Part shown: positions 26,536 to 39,899 of the stretch, piece by piece
Layout of the letters: every line of letters starts with the position of its first letter
How positions within the stretch are numbered: the stretch's first letter is position 1
DNA from: Octopus bimaculoides
Lineage: Eukaryota
Assembly (NCBI RefSeq): GCF_001194135.2
Contig: NC_068988.1
Span: forward strand, 35,083,006 to 35,147,005
Reading direction: 5' to 3'
Length of the DNA: 64,000 nucleotides
The notes under the pieces: generated by a model
Seen by the model: only the letters and a program-made list of their open reading frames with translations
Told to the model about the DNA's origin: nothing
Database searches by the model: none
Translations under genes and position numbers: made by a program

Positions 26536-27957
26536 TTATTACTATAAATACACCTTATTGCCGTTATGGTCTTGCAGAGAAAGCCCCACCCCCAATAAAA
26601 TAAAGTACTAGAACGTGTAGAATGCAATTTTCATATAGATTAGAGACTATATATATTAGAGAATATATATATTAGAGACTATATATATATATATATATCT
26701 CAGCTTTTTTTTGTTATTGCCTAATATTTATGGTTTTGTACCAGAGTTAGAAATCATTATCCTTGTTGTTATTTTTTCGCTGCTGATAGTATTTTTCTTC
26801 AAAGATTACTGTTTATTACATACACACACACATACATACATATAANNNNNNNNNNATATATACGTGTGTGTATGTGGTGTGTATGACTTTATATGTATAA
26901 CACATATATGTTTATATGTTATAACAAACGAGTATCCTTGAAGTAAATACTAACAACAACCATGGTAATAATAGTAACGATTCCTAACACTGTTTGAAAA
27001 CCATAAATAAGAAACACAACAACAGCAGCAGCAACAGGACTGAGAATCACAATTTAGGAGCATTAATCCCGAAACATCAACCAAAAAAAAAATATATATA
27101 TTAATCCACTTCCTCCCTCAAAACATGAAAACACACGCACCTATACACACACTCACGCATGCACACATAGACTTACTCACACGCAGAAGGTAAGGAAAAA
27201 AAATCTAAAAGAATTATTGTTTAAAATATAGATAAGAAACTCTCTTCTCTTGAATTCTTCTGCTGCTCACAAACTAATTCTTATTCGCTAGAGAAATTGG
27301 TAAAATTCGGAGACAGCAATTTTTCATTTTCCTAGAAACAGCACGTTTGTGTGTATGTGGTTTATGTAATTGGGGAAGCCAAAGGAGTGTTTGCAGATGC
27401 ATTGGAATACGATTGGCTGTGATGATGGAGGATGTGGCAGGGAATTGATTTAGCGTTAGCAGCGAGTGAAACAAATAAGAGCAGAAGTGATAAAAACTTA
27501 ACACATTTTGTTTTCCAAAATAATAATAAAAATAATAATGATGATGATGATGTTGATGAAAAAGAATGAAAAAGAAACATGTATTTTTCCTTACAGCTTT
27601 ACAAGAGGAATTGCTCAGAGGCATACGTATGTTAGTTTGTGCATGTGTTTGTTTTGATTTATTCTTGCAGCTCTTACTTTTCCAATATATGACTCTTGTT
27701 GTTGGTGGTGACGACGACGACGATGATGATGATAATGAACGATAGTGATGATGATGATGATGAGGAAGTGGATGATAATGATTTATTTTACTTTCTTAAT
27801 CTACAATTCAGAAAGATTGTACAAGGTTAAATATATCACGTTGCATTTTCAAGACCCTGTAGGGCAAACGTTGTGGTGTTGTGAACCCTATGCTGTATGT
27901 TCCTTTTAGCTCGAATATTATTATTATTATTATTATTATTGCTGTTGTTATAAAGAA

Positions 27958-28084
27958 GGCAACGAGCTAGCAGTATCGTTAGCACGCTGGACGAAATGCT
28001 TAGTGGTATTTCGCCATCGCTACGTTCTGAGTTCAAATTCCATCGAGGTCGACTTGTAGAATGTAATTTGCATATAGATTAGAG

Positions 28085-28159
<75 letters not shown>

Positions 28160-28295
28160 TGGTATGAGTTTATGCTTTTCATCCTTTCGGGGTCGATAAA
28201 TTAAGTACCAGTGAAACATTGGGGTCGACGTAATTGACTTATCCCTCACTCCCAAATTTCAGGCCTTATGCCACTAGTAGAAAGGGTTATTATTA
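27958..28295 (+). mobile_element. Meta-domain SINE split by an insertion at 28055-28165
   Basis: Head and B-box to GGTCGACT, then foreign sequence plus (TA)(TG)n, then resumes at TTTTCATCCTTTCGGGG. Confidence 0.85.
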
Positions 28296-28615
28296 TTATT
28301 GTTGTTGTTGTTGTTGCTGTCATTAATAATCATAATAAAAGCCGTGAGCTATAAAAATCGTTAGAAAACTGTTTTGCTGTATTTCTTTTGGCTCTTTATT
28401 TTCTGAGTTCAAATCCCTACAAAGGCAACATTGTTTTCCATTCGTCCAGGGTCGATAAGATAAGGAACCAGAGTCGTGGCTTTGATTAAATCCTTTCTCA
28501 CAAAACTGCAGACTTTGTCAGCGTAACAATGATGATAATGATAAAGGCAGTGTCTCCATGGCTTCTGAGCTTAACTCTTTGGAAGTGTTATCATGTACAT
28601 GTTTTTTCTCGGTAT

Positions 28616-29560
28616 AAAAGATAGTCTGTAGCATATATTCTGCATGTCATTTGCTTGACCTAAGCCAGTTGAGCATGTCACTTAGTAGCTAACGATATGT
28701 GCATCTCTGATCATGAGCAGGAGTAGCAGGGGAGCATCATAGCTATGTGTTGAGGTGAATTCTTTAAGGATTGAATAATTCACCTTTGGAAACGTCAGTG
28801 TTTCGTTCACCATCCTTAAACAATACTTATTCAGAGACCTTTTTGGGCGGAATAAGCTACTCGACCTGAAGAAAGTTCTAACTGGGTGTCACCTACAAGG
28901 TCATGCACTGTTTATCTTGATATGAGATCACCATGTCGCACACATATGGTTGTGACGCGTGTGCCTGGTGTACCCTTATTAGATGGGTGTACTAGGTTTC
29001 ATATATTTGCACCCCAGCGTCATTTTTATTGCATGCGCTCCTCTCTCAGTCAGTCAATGGATAATAATAATAATAATAAGTATAAAGATGGGCTACAGCA
29101 AATACTCTTCTCAATACCACAAATTTGCTTGTCAGTTGTTTGACCTTAACCAGTTAAGCACGTCCCCCTAGTTGCTGACGATATGTGAATCTCTGATCAC
29201 GAGCAGAAGTAGTAAGGAGCATCTTAACCATGTTTTGGGATGAATTCTTCGGGGTTTGGATAATTCACCTTTGAAAACATGGGTGCTTCGTTCAACACTC
29301 TTAACTCTTATTCAAGGACCTTTTGAGCGGGATAAGCTACTCTACCTGAAGAAAATTCTAACTGGGCTCCACCTGCAAAGTCATGCGCTGTTTATCTTGA
29401 TATGAAATCACCATGTCACTTTTATATGGCTGTGATGCATGTGCCTGGTGTACTTTTATCAGACATAATCATGATGGGTATACTGGGCTTCTTATATTTT
29501 ACCCCAATGTCATTTTGATGGCATCCACTGTTCTCTCACTCAATGATAATTCTAATAATA
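28616..29560 (+). repeat. tandem pair of a ~470-bp interspersed repeat with (AAT)n tail
   Basis: Units at about 28616-29080 and 29084-29560 align throughout (e.g. GACCTGAAGAAA.TTCTAACTGGG, GCTGTTTATCTTGATATGA.ATCACCATGTC); opposite-strand fragment at 15575-15690. Confidence 0.85.
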
Positions 29561-29958
29561 ATCCTTTCTACTAAAAGCACAAGGCTTGAAAATTTTGGGG
29601 TGGAGACTAGTCGATTACACCGACCCCAGTGTTACACTGCTACTCAATTTACCGACCCCGAAAGGATGAAAGGGAAAGTAGACCACGGCGGAATTTGAAT
29701 CCAGAACGTAGCGACGGACGAAATACCGCTAAGCATTTCGTCCAGCGTGCTAACGATTCTGCCAGTTTGCCGCCTTATTAATAAGAGTAACAATGATAAT
29801 CGTCTCTGCTGGAGGCAAAAGGCCTGAAATTGTGGGGCAGGGTGATAGTCGACTACATCGACCTCAGTGTTTCAGTTTATCAACCCCGAAAGGGTGGAAG
29901 GCAAAGCCGACCTCGGCGGAATTTGAACTCATGACGTAGCGGCAGATGAAATACCGCA
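29560..29958 (-). mobile_element. two Meta-domain SINE copies
   Basis: CGACCCCGAAAGGATGAAAGG...GGCGGAATTTGAA occurs twice. Confidence 0.88.
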
Positions 29959-30791
29959 GCGTGCGAATAAACACACAAGATTGTTCATTTACAAAATCAA
30001 ATACAGCTGTGGGAAAAAATTTTTTTCATAGAAGTTTATCGTCCTCACAGAGACAATGCTCTTGTCAATACGTGTGACAGTTAACACAACCTTTTGCACT
30101 GCTGACAGGGATGGTTAGCCAGACATTATTCTCAAATAATTTTCGCCCCCCCCCTTTTTTTATCATTCCTAGTTCTCTTACAACCACTGGTATTGTAAAT
30201 GTCTTGAGATGCTATATTAATTGGATTTCAATGAGCAAATCTTTATATTTTCTGAATTTGTCAAAAGTCTTTTGCCGAAATATGTTCACAAGGAATACTC
30301 ATGTCAATCGATAAACAGATGTAATTATTTTGGCCTTTTACAACAATATCCAGTTCATTAGCTTTGACACTTTTGTCTGTGTGTACAGGAAAGTCCCAAA
30401 GAATCTTTACTAGGACGGTATACTCTTTAGTGTCGGATAAGATGCTTTGCAGTATTTCTTCCGACTCTTTACCTTATAACTTCAAATCCTGCCGAGGTCA
30501 ACTTTGCCTTTCATCCCACCGAATTCGATGAAAATACACTAGTCAAGTACTGGGGTAGATGGTATCGATTAAACCCCCTCCCTAAAAGTTTCATTTTGTG
30601 TTTAAATTAATATTCACTTTTGGATCAAATTCCACCGACCTTCGCCTTTCTTCCTTTAGGTGTTGATAAAAGAAGTACCAGTTGTGTACTGGGTTCGATG
30701 TAATCGATTAGCTTCTTCCCACACAATATCAGGCTGTGTGTCTTTAGAATGATGAGCTTAATGGCATTTACTTTATAATAAAAAGGTTTAT

Positions 30792-31320
30792 CATTATTAT
30801 TATTCGATGAAAACTCTCAGCTTATGTTCCTGGGTATGATAGAAAGTGTCAGCTGTCTACAGCCAGCAGACTATGGTGACATTTGTTTACTAGTTATGCT
30901 TCAAGGACCCTGCAAAACATTCTTGCAGTTCCAAGCAATGCTGATTTTTGTAGGTGTTCTGTCCTTACATTTGTACCAATCTTTTTGAGTCATGTTAGTA
31001 GTTGAGTGTTGGTACTTCAAAGTGCACCAGTTACTGTTGGTATCACGTCGACTCTCATCATTCACCACAGTTTTCGTATTTCCCACTTCAAATTGTCGTA
31101 GTTGCTCAGTTTTTCCTTTCTCTTTGATCTTGCTGTCACCTGGACGTGCTATGTCGATTAAAATGCATGTTCTTTCTTTCTTATTCACCACAACAATGTC
31201 CGGTTTCCGATGTATAGTCAGATGACCACACTGAATTATTGCATCCCAAAGGATTTTGCAAAATTCATTCTCGGTGACTCTTGGGGTTTGCTTTTTGTAG
31301 GCCGTAACTTCCCTATGGAT
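30792..31320 (-). mobile_element. R4/Dong-like LINE 3' end (restriction-like endonuclease domain), pseudogenised
   Basis: KILWDAIIQCGH..HRKPDIVVVNKKERTCILIDIARPGD then YDNLKWEIRKLW*..VIPTVTGAL*..LQKSALLGTARMFCRVLEA*; (AAT)n tail. Confidence 0.9.
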
Positions 31321-31382
31321 CATTCTCCCAATGGATCATTCTCGTCAATTTGCTAACGACATGCCTATTATTATTATTATTA

Positions 31383-31564
31383 TTAGCACGCTGGCAAAAT
31401 GCTTAGTGGCATTTCGTCAATCTTTACGTTCTGAATTCATATTCCACCGAGGTCGAGTTTGCCCTTCATCCTTACATAAAATAAGTATCACTGAAACACT
31501 GGGATCGATGTAATCGATTAGTCCCCTCCCCGAAAATTTCAGGCCTTGTGCCTTTAGTAGAAAG

Positions 31565-31617
<53 letters not shown>

Positions 31618-31805
31618 GCGCGCCGGACGAAATGCTTAGCGGTATTTCGCTCGACCCTACTTTCTGAGTTCAAATTCTGCCAAGGTCGACTTTGCCTTTC
31701 ATCCTCTCGGTGTCGATAAAATAAGTACCAGTTGAACATTGGGGTCGATGTAATCGACTCATTTCCTCTCCTAAAATTGCTGCCTTGTGGCAAAATTTGA
31801 GACCA
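31383..31805 (+). mobile_element. two tandem Meta-domain SINEs separated by (ATT)n
   Basis: Two head-B-box-Meta-tail units. Confidence 0.9.
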
Positions 31806-32059
31806 TTATTATTAATAGTATTAGCAGTGGTAGTGGTCGACAAAATAGTATCGCAAGTAACTAGTCAACAACCCACCTACTCTTATGGCGATATTTGTTT
31901 TGTTATGCCAGCATGATAGTACGACTACGATGTACAGTTTCGATTATTTATGTTTTTGGTTGAGAACTGCCAACACTAATTACTTTTAATATCAGATCGA
32001 TGACTTATGTTTGTTTTATCTATTATAATTTACATTAATTGTTATCACATCGAACACCG

Positions 32060-32560
32060 CTGATAGACAACCCGTCGTTTTCTTTTGGCTGAGAAAGGCA
32101 GACAAAATATTCCTTTGTCTGGTAGCTGCAGCGAAAGTGGTTGTGTTGCAGACGATGTTAAAAGAAATGAAAATTGATTTATTCCTCTTCGGCCATGTCC
32201 TCATCAACTATTTTCAATTTCACTTGGAAAGAAATATGGGACTAGGGTCAGTGTCGCCTGAAGGCATAGGCACACGGGGCAGTTACCCGGGGGTCCAACA
32301 GGTTCAGGAACCAGATTCTGATCTATGTATACCGTGGCTAACTGTCAATAAATAATGTAGGCCCCAGTGCACTGATTTTCCCAGGGGCTTATAATGCTGC
32401 TGAGACGACCCTGGGTAGATTGAGCATTGCAGTGCTCTCCACCCCATTTCACCCAGAAAATTCTTTGAACAGTGGAGGAGAGTAGCAAATTTTCGCACGT
32501 GTAAATAAGCCTACTCTGAGCATATGTCTGCAGGTAGGGCAAATGCTGAATGAGGGCGCC
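32060..32560 (+). mobile_element. degraded Tx1/L1-like 3' fragment interrupted by a GC-rich MITE-like insert (32249-32413)
   Basis: CLVAAAKVVVLQTMLKEMKIDLFLFGHVLINYFQFHLERN, then KFFEQWRRVAN after the insert; insert ends CAGTGTCGCCT / AGACGACCCTG are imperfect TIRs. Confidence 0.55.
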
Positions 32561-32663
32561 AACTTCGTGATCAGAGTTATAGCAATTTACTGGTATTTTA
32601 TTTTAATGACGCCAGAGGGATGAAAAGGAAAGCATTTATCTCATCATCATCATCATCGTCATG

Positions 32664-32698
<35 letters not shown>

Positions 32699-32699
<1 letters not shown>

Positions 32700-33215
32700 G
32701 GTGGCTGTGGCGAAAGAATTTGTTTGGTGGACAAGGCTGAAAGGCATGAGGACAAATACATTCCTCTTTGGTAGAGCTCTCGTTGACGTCTTCAAGTTTC
32801 ACTTGAAAAGGAAATTGTGAGTGGAGAGAGAAGCGCTGTCCTCGAGTGAGTTTATTAAAAGGTGAATGAAAGTTGCGAAAATGGCAAGAGTGGGTGATAC
32901 CTCTCTAAGTGTAGACCTGTGAGTCGGAGAGAAGAAATTGGAGAGGGTACTTGCTCTTGGGGTTTCAGGGAAATCTCGGACAGTGGGGTTCCTCGATTAT
33001 CCTTAGAGGCCTTCCTGTATCAGGAGGGCCACATTTCTATCATCCTCTCCGCCACTTTTTTTAACGTTTGTATGCTATGCATATGTCTCTTCTTTTTCAA
33101 TGTATACCGTGTATACTTTTTTTATCATTTCATCACATGTAAACCCCCACGCGTTATGTCTGTCTTTCCATTGTCCCCCTCATCCTTCGCCCTTGTAGCA
33201 AATAAATGAAATATT
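32699..33215 (+). mobile_element. Tx1/L1-like LINE ORF2 C-terminus and 3' UTR
   Basis: VAVAKEFVWWTRLKGMRTNTFLFGRALVDVFKFHLKRKL*VEREALSSSEFIKR*MKVAKMA; homologous to the 25910 and 32060 fragments. Confidence 0.65.
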
Positions 33216-33244
33216 ATTATTATTATCATTATCATTACTACTGA

Positions 33245-33460
33245 AGGCGGAAAGCTGGCACAATCGTTAGCACGCCTGTTAAAATGCTTAACGGCATTTC
33301 GTCCGTCTTTACGTTCTGAGTTCAAATTCCGCCGAGGTCGACTTTGCCGTTCATCGATTCGAAGTCGATAAATTAAGTAACAGTGAAACACTGGGGTCGA
33401 TATAATCGACTAGTCCCCTCTCCCCAAATTTCAAGCCTCGTGCGTCTAGTAAAAAGGATT
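33245..33460 (+). mobile_element. Meta-domain SINE, full length
   Basis: GGCGGAAAGCTGGCACAATCGTTAGCACG...GAGTTCAAATTCCGCCGAGGTCGACTTTG...tail GGATTATTATT. Confidence 0.92.
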
Positions 33461-34100
33461 ATTATTATTATTATTAATATTAATAATAATAATGATAATC
33501 ATTTCCTTATTTGCCGTCAGGGCGACTGAGAAGACATTAATAATAATAATAACGATAATCATAATCATGAAAGAAATGTCGCATTAGTTGCGTTGCATTT
33601 TAATAGTTATCAGGAAAGAACTAATTGTGGCTTCAAGACATTGAGATGTTTTGTACAGCTAGTCTTCAAAATTACTAAAGGTCAAAGTGAGTAACTACCG
33701 ACCATTTTTTCTTTCTATTTTTCGACATCTCCTTTTCTTTTACTCTCTGTCACAGACATACATACACACACACACACACACGCACGTCTAGAAAGTAAAG
33801 ATACAGCATGAAAAAGAATAACAAAATGGCCGACAAATCGATCACTAAGAAATGAAGTGGATATGACGTCTATATGTAAAAATAAATTTTAAAAGACGAC
33901 GAATAGTCATCTGCTAGGATTGGTGTTTGAATTATATTCATATATACATTTTACATATACATACACACGCGTGTGTGAACGCATGATGTGCATACGCATA
34001 CCCATATATATGCATGTTTGTGTGATTGCATACATTTTTATTAATGTACACACACTCACACAAATGTTTATGTGCACACATGTGTACCGAAATGTATAAT

Positions 34101-34140
<40 letters not shown>

Positions 34141-34589
34141 GCATGTGAAGCCTAATTCTTCATATGTTATATATACGTGCGTGTGTGTGCGCGTTAATGT
34201 CGAAGTTCATAGATTTCTTAGATTAGAGAGGTGAAAAAGGCAAGGAAAGGAATGAGAGTGTAAATAAAAGATATTTCACTTGACGTACTCTTAAGATGTC
34301 GACTTCAGTGCCAAGCTAACAAGGCTGTTTGTCTGGATATGCTGGAAATGTATTTTGTGCTAATAATTGGATAAAGAAGCCACACTTGAACACCCATACT
34401 CTCTGTCTTTCTCTCTCGCTTTCTACTCTCTTTTTCTCTGCTTTTCCGTGTCTTATTTTCTTTGGCTTTTCTAAGTTCTCTGTTACCTAGTGGAATACAC
34501 ATTCGCCAACATTTATATTACATGGATAAGCCGCTAGGTGAGACACAAGCAAGCAACTTCAATGTAATATCGTAATTCTTGTATGGACA

Positions 34590-35500
34590 GTAAAGAAGGT
34601 TATATCAACTTTTCGGGCAATAGTCCTTCGTCAAAGCTACACGCTGATAGGGAGTAGTGGGACCAAGATGTTTTACTTTAGCACAGGTGAGTGAACAACG
34701 GCAAGAGTTATAAAAATAATAGGCATGGATGGAAAAATGAAGTATGTAGTAAAATTGGTTCACGTCCGTGCGACATGCCTAAGGGATGAAATGAAGTGTG
34801 TGAGAAGAGTTCGTCTATGCATGTGTGTAAATCTTAGTAAAACTAGAGTTCGGTGTATGAGCAAGTTGGTGTGTGTTTGCATGTGGAGGATGAGTAATGG
34901 TATGTGCTTAACCCATTACCTACCAGTGATCTCATATGAGATCACTTAAAAATTACAAATTTCGTAATTATCTGTCAATATTTACACATATCTAACCATT
35001 TTGCTATATCTACTAGGTATATTTCTCTGATATTCAAATGAGGTTTGCTAATTTTTCACCCACTATCTCGCTTACTTCTATTTAAAATGTTATTTTGATC
35101 ATTCCAGCGTGTTTCTAAGGCTGTTTTATGCAAGAAATCAAAATTTCACAAAAAGATTCCATTTAATAGAATTATGGGAGGTAATGGGTTAAGGCTTGGT
35201 AACGTAGGGTATATATATGAGTATAAGTGACGAACTGCGTGAGTGCATAGTTAGAGAACGTGGCTGGTATGGGGTATCTGTGGGTAGAAAAGGGCTGGTG
35301 AGACTTTTGTATGTGCACGTGGGATTATTTAAAGGAAAGTTAATCAGTTATTAAAATCAAGGGGGATTGATGTCTACATGGAACTAACAGCGGAAACGAT
35401 AGTACCTCAAGATAGTGAGATACAGATGGGAACAGATACACTGTTTGAAGACAAAAAAGACGGATTGTCACACCTAAAGCTTCGTAGACAAGATTTATGT
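34590..35500 (-). mobile_element. highly degraded Penelope-like element with downstream hammerhead-like motif
   Basis: Weak RT-like TIVSAVSS..; TTGACGAAGGACTATTGCCCGAAA (minus strand, 34611-34634) lies downstream of it in the same orientation. Confidence 0.4.
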
Positions 35501-36010
35501 TAGTTGCATCATCTGACCTAAGGCGAGATAATGATAATCAAAAAGGATCAAATGTCCTTCCCGAGTCATAGGTTCATTGGGACTCTTTCTCTGATTCTGT
35601 GGAGTATACGTTTGGACCTCCCCAGACAGGATGACTTTTATTATTATAGGTTTATCCATTTTTGCCAGCTGAGTGCACTTGAGCAACATAAAATGGAGTG
35701 TATTGCTCAATAACAACTCATCGCTCGGTCTAAAATCCGAAACCATAATCTTACGAATAATGAATTTATGATCTTTCGAGAGAAGGTGGAATAATTCTTT
35801 TGGGGGAATTTGTTCTTGAAGTACATATAAAGCCATGAGTAATAGGGTTGAAAAAAAGGTTGAAAATCCCTTTTGGATAGAAAAGAAATTAAAGGAAGTT
35901 AGTAAGATCGGCTAAAATGGATCTGTAATACTATTTGCTTTGATTAATAAACCTATTCTATTTGACAAATATACGAGTATATATCTTTCTGACTTATAGA
36001 TTCTTAGGCC

Positions 36011-36056
<46 letters not shown>

Positions 36057-37995
36057 GGGATGAGGATATAATTATAGTCAAATATATTTATTTCGGTAGT
36101 TCATTTTGTCGACTCCTGGAGAATATTAGTCAAAATTGATTTAGGTAGGATTTGTTCATACAAACATTAATCAGGGGAAATAAAATTTATTTCAAGATGG
36201 GATAGCCACGGTTAAAATGTACTTCACCATAGATCTCCACAACCAGAGCTGACCACCAGTTGAATAAAGTGAAAGCATAACTTGTCATTGTTCTAGGATT
36301 ACAAAGATATACAATGAAACACGCTATGCTTATTCGATGAAAAGGTCAGTGCTGGAATATTTGAAACCACAGGTGTTGTAGTTTTCTGTGAGTTTAAATG
36401 CTTCAACACAACTTTTGATTCTCCTTAGGCCTGCTTCAGTTTCCAGCATCTTCTATGTTTTCTCTACGGGAGAACTACATAGCTAGCAGGGCACTAACAT
36501 GATAGTTATCTCCCTTCATTCCATGTTCTTGTCGGCATAACAGTAGGTTGGTTGGATAAAGGTTAACGTGGATTTATAAACGACAACGGTTATTTATAAG
36601 TATTCTTGTGAAAAATAAGAGAAGCTCTCACACAATCTCTCATTTTCTCCGACTTCTATAGATTTCTGTCTGTAAGAAGTTATGATTACCAAAAGAATAC
36701 TAAATGTCTTCCAGGGTCCACTTTGCACTTTGGCCCTCTTAGGGGTCAGCTAATAAACTAAATACCAATCAAAATATTCGTCAATTCTGTCGTCTTAAGA
36801 TCCCTGCCTTGTAAAATATACTGCGTTATTGTGCTAGAGTAAGAAATTATTCGTAACACGGAGTTCCTGATTCGCCAAATACTACGGTCCGTCCAATAAC
36901 AGCCAGGTATGCACAGAAGACTATTGTATCCAGCAGGCGCGCTTGTGTATATATATAAGTATGGGTGTGAATGTATTGTGTACGTATGTGTACGTACATA
37001 TGTGTGTGTGTATATATATATACGCACACAATATCTTTCACTTGTCCTCTCTTTCTTTTTCTCTCACTTCCTCTCTCTCTCTCTCTCTCTCGTTGTAGTC
37101 GATATTGGCAATGAGATTAAGACATAAATTATCATCGTCATTATTATCGTTATCATAATTATTATCATTATTATCAGCATCAGCATTGTTATCATAATTA
37201 ATATAATAAGAACAAAAATAAGAATAATAATGGCGAGAACAATAATAATAATTAGCTCCGCTAACACCTCCAACCCTAGCGAAAGTCATCGATATTTCTT
37301 GTTGCTGTTCGTTCGTTCGTTCTTTTATTATTACAGAAATCTCTTAACCATTCATCTTAGCTACAAATCAATTTCTGGTTGGACGAGTGGAACGATCACT
37401 CTCTCTCTCTCCAACTTACCCGACTCCATGCCAAGAATCAATGATGAAACAACAGCAATAATAATGATAATAATAATAATAATAATAATAATAAGTAGTA
37501 GTAATGCTGACATCTTAAACAAGAGCTAGAATAATAACCATAAATTGAGGAAAGAGAAATGGAAGAGTCATTACTTGAACATCATAAAATTCGCTTTTTG
37601 TTCCCCTGTTTCCTGGCCTTCTGTTTTTCTCCTGCTCTCCACTGTAGCCGCCTCCTCTTCTTCCACTGTGAAAATTAGACTTACGTACATGCATACAGTT
37701 ATCAACCCAGTATATATGTGTGTGTGTGTGTTTGTACGCACGCGCGCTCACACACACATGTAAACGTTCTACATGCATATATGTATGCACATACACATAA
37801 TATATAAATACATTTGATATTATCTCATAGCGTGTTTTCCAAAGCTCCTCAACGGGTATCGGCTACTCAATGTTATACAGCAGGATTTCTCTTTTACTGG
37901 ATATACATGTGGAAATCCGTGAATATCCGCAGAGATTATGCAAAAGAATTTTAATACCAGAAGGTGGAATGAACAGGCTCTATTCCAAATCACTA

Positions 37996-38354
37996 CAGCT
38001 GAACTTTGCTTCCCAGCAACATAGTTCTGGGTTCAATCCTACTGCACGGCATCATGGACAGGGCCGACGAAAGGCTTATTAAGTGGATTTGGTAGACGGA
38101 AACTGAAAGAAGCCCGTCGTATATATATATATATATATCTGTGTGTGTGTGTTTGTCCCCCCCCATCACGGCTTGACAACTGGTGTTGGTGTGTTTATGT
38201 CCTCGTAACTCAGCGGTTCGGCAAAGGACCGATAAATTAAGTACTAGGCTTTTAAAATATAAGTCCTGGGGTCGATTTGTTCGACAAAAAGAAACCTTTC
38301 AAGGTGGTGCTCCAGTATGGCCGGAACCATATGATTGAAATAAGTAAAGGAATA
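37996..38354 (+). mobile_element. CORE-SINE, OR-like family
   Basis: GGGTTCAATCCTACTGCACGGCA...GTGGATTTGGTAGACGGAAACTGAAAGAAGCCCGTCG. Confidence 0.88.
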
Positions 38355-38425
38355 TATATATATNNNNNNNNNNNNNNNNNNNNNNNNNNNNNNNNNNNNN
38401 NNNNNNNNNNNNNNNNNNNNNNNNN

Positions 38426-38760
38426 GTGCGTTCGAAAAGTACTTGATTTTATTTTTTCCGTCAAAACTAATAGGTTACGCCGCCTTTCCTGAGCATGCGA
38501 AAAGATACGCGCCAGTAGGCCTTGTCATTTCCCGGTTTTTACTCCTAGAGTGCAGACGTATAAGACGCGCTCGTCGGGTTTTCGTTTTCACTAAAAATGA
38601 CCGAACGCACCGAGCTAAGATATTGCATCAAATTTTGCTGAAAGTTTGGTGATACTTAAGCTCAGTCCATCTAGAAAATTCAACAGGCTTTCGGCGATTG
38701 TACCATAGGTAAAGCTCAGATCATGGAGTGGTACAACTTCTTCAAATATGGCTGCACCTA
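38426..38760 (+). mobile_element. mariner transposon 5' fragment (TIR remnant plus dead N-terminal HTH)
   Basis: TIR-like GTGCGTTCGAAAAGTAC; ATG at 38597 gives MTERTELRYCIKFC*KFGDT*AQSI*KIQQAFGDCTIGKAQIMEWYNFFKYG. Confidence 0.85.
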
Positions 38761-39403
38761 GCACCAGTTTACACTGATAAACTCTCGCGCGCACATGTAT
38801 ATAGCAGGTTTCTGCACAGTTGCCGTCCATTAAATTCCCACTCTCGATATAGTCAACTGGAGGCTAGAGAAGAAGACACTTAACCAAAGTACTGTACACA
38901 GCATAGACTTAGTGCTTTCTTCTGAGGTTCATGAAGCAACAGATAATTGTTTATGAATTAGACTGAAATATACATATTAAGTGACGAAGCGGAAACTTTA
39001 ACAACACATAGAAATAGAGACGACTGTACGTAAAGACTGCGTTTATCCCAGTGCAGACTTATCAACCTAACCATAAACAAATTTTGTATAGATAGTAAGC
39101 ACTAGTAGTCTCTAACTTCAGACAAATTACAAATAGAACAACACTGAAAAATAGTAGTTTAAAAAAATTGTATCCAAATCTAATTTATTTCGATCTCTGA
39201 ACATTTGTATCTGAAAGTTTTTTCCTGAAAGCTTTAGAATCCAAGAAAACCTGTCTTACATTGGTGACGCTAATTTTGTTATGATAATTAACATTAGAAA
39301 GTTATTTCATGTCAAGAAATACGAAAATGTATCAATGCTAAGCTACAACAGAAGCAGAGACTTCCGATCTAGTCGGATTATGTTCGCGCGTATTGTATGT
39401 ATG

Positions 39404-39449
<46 letters not shown>

Positions 39450-39899
39450 AGATGCCCTTGAATTGAGGCACCTCGTTAGGTCGAAATAATATACACACGC
39501 AAGAATATTATGTAAATATCATACTTAGTACATAAGGACCGGCCGAATGTTATGCTGTGTATGTAATAATTAGACCCAGCTGAGTAAAGATATCTGCTCT
39601 TGAGTTATTCAGACATGTACATTATATTAAATACACAGTACATAATATTTACGAAGGGCAGATTCCGAGACAGTAACAGTTGACACCTGTACTTCTACTG
39701 TTGCTCATATATATGGCACTAACATTAGAAAACAAACTCCACTTCGGACTATATAGAGATGATGGGCTAGCTCTATTATAATTGACCTATAATATGAATG
39801 GAAATATCAGGGACAAAGTAAAAATAAAACAAACATTCATTAACTATTTCAAAGAATTTTACCTGAAAACTAAAATAAACACAAGTCTAAAAATAGTAA

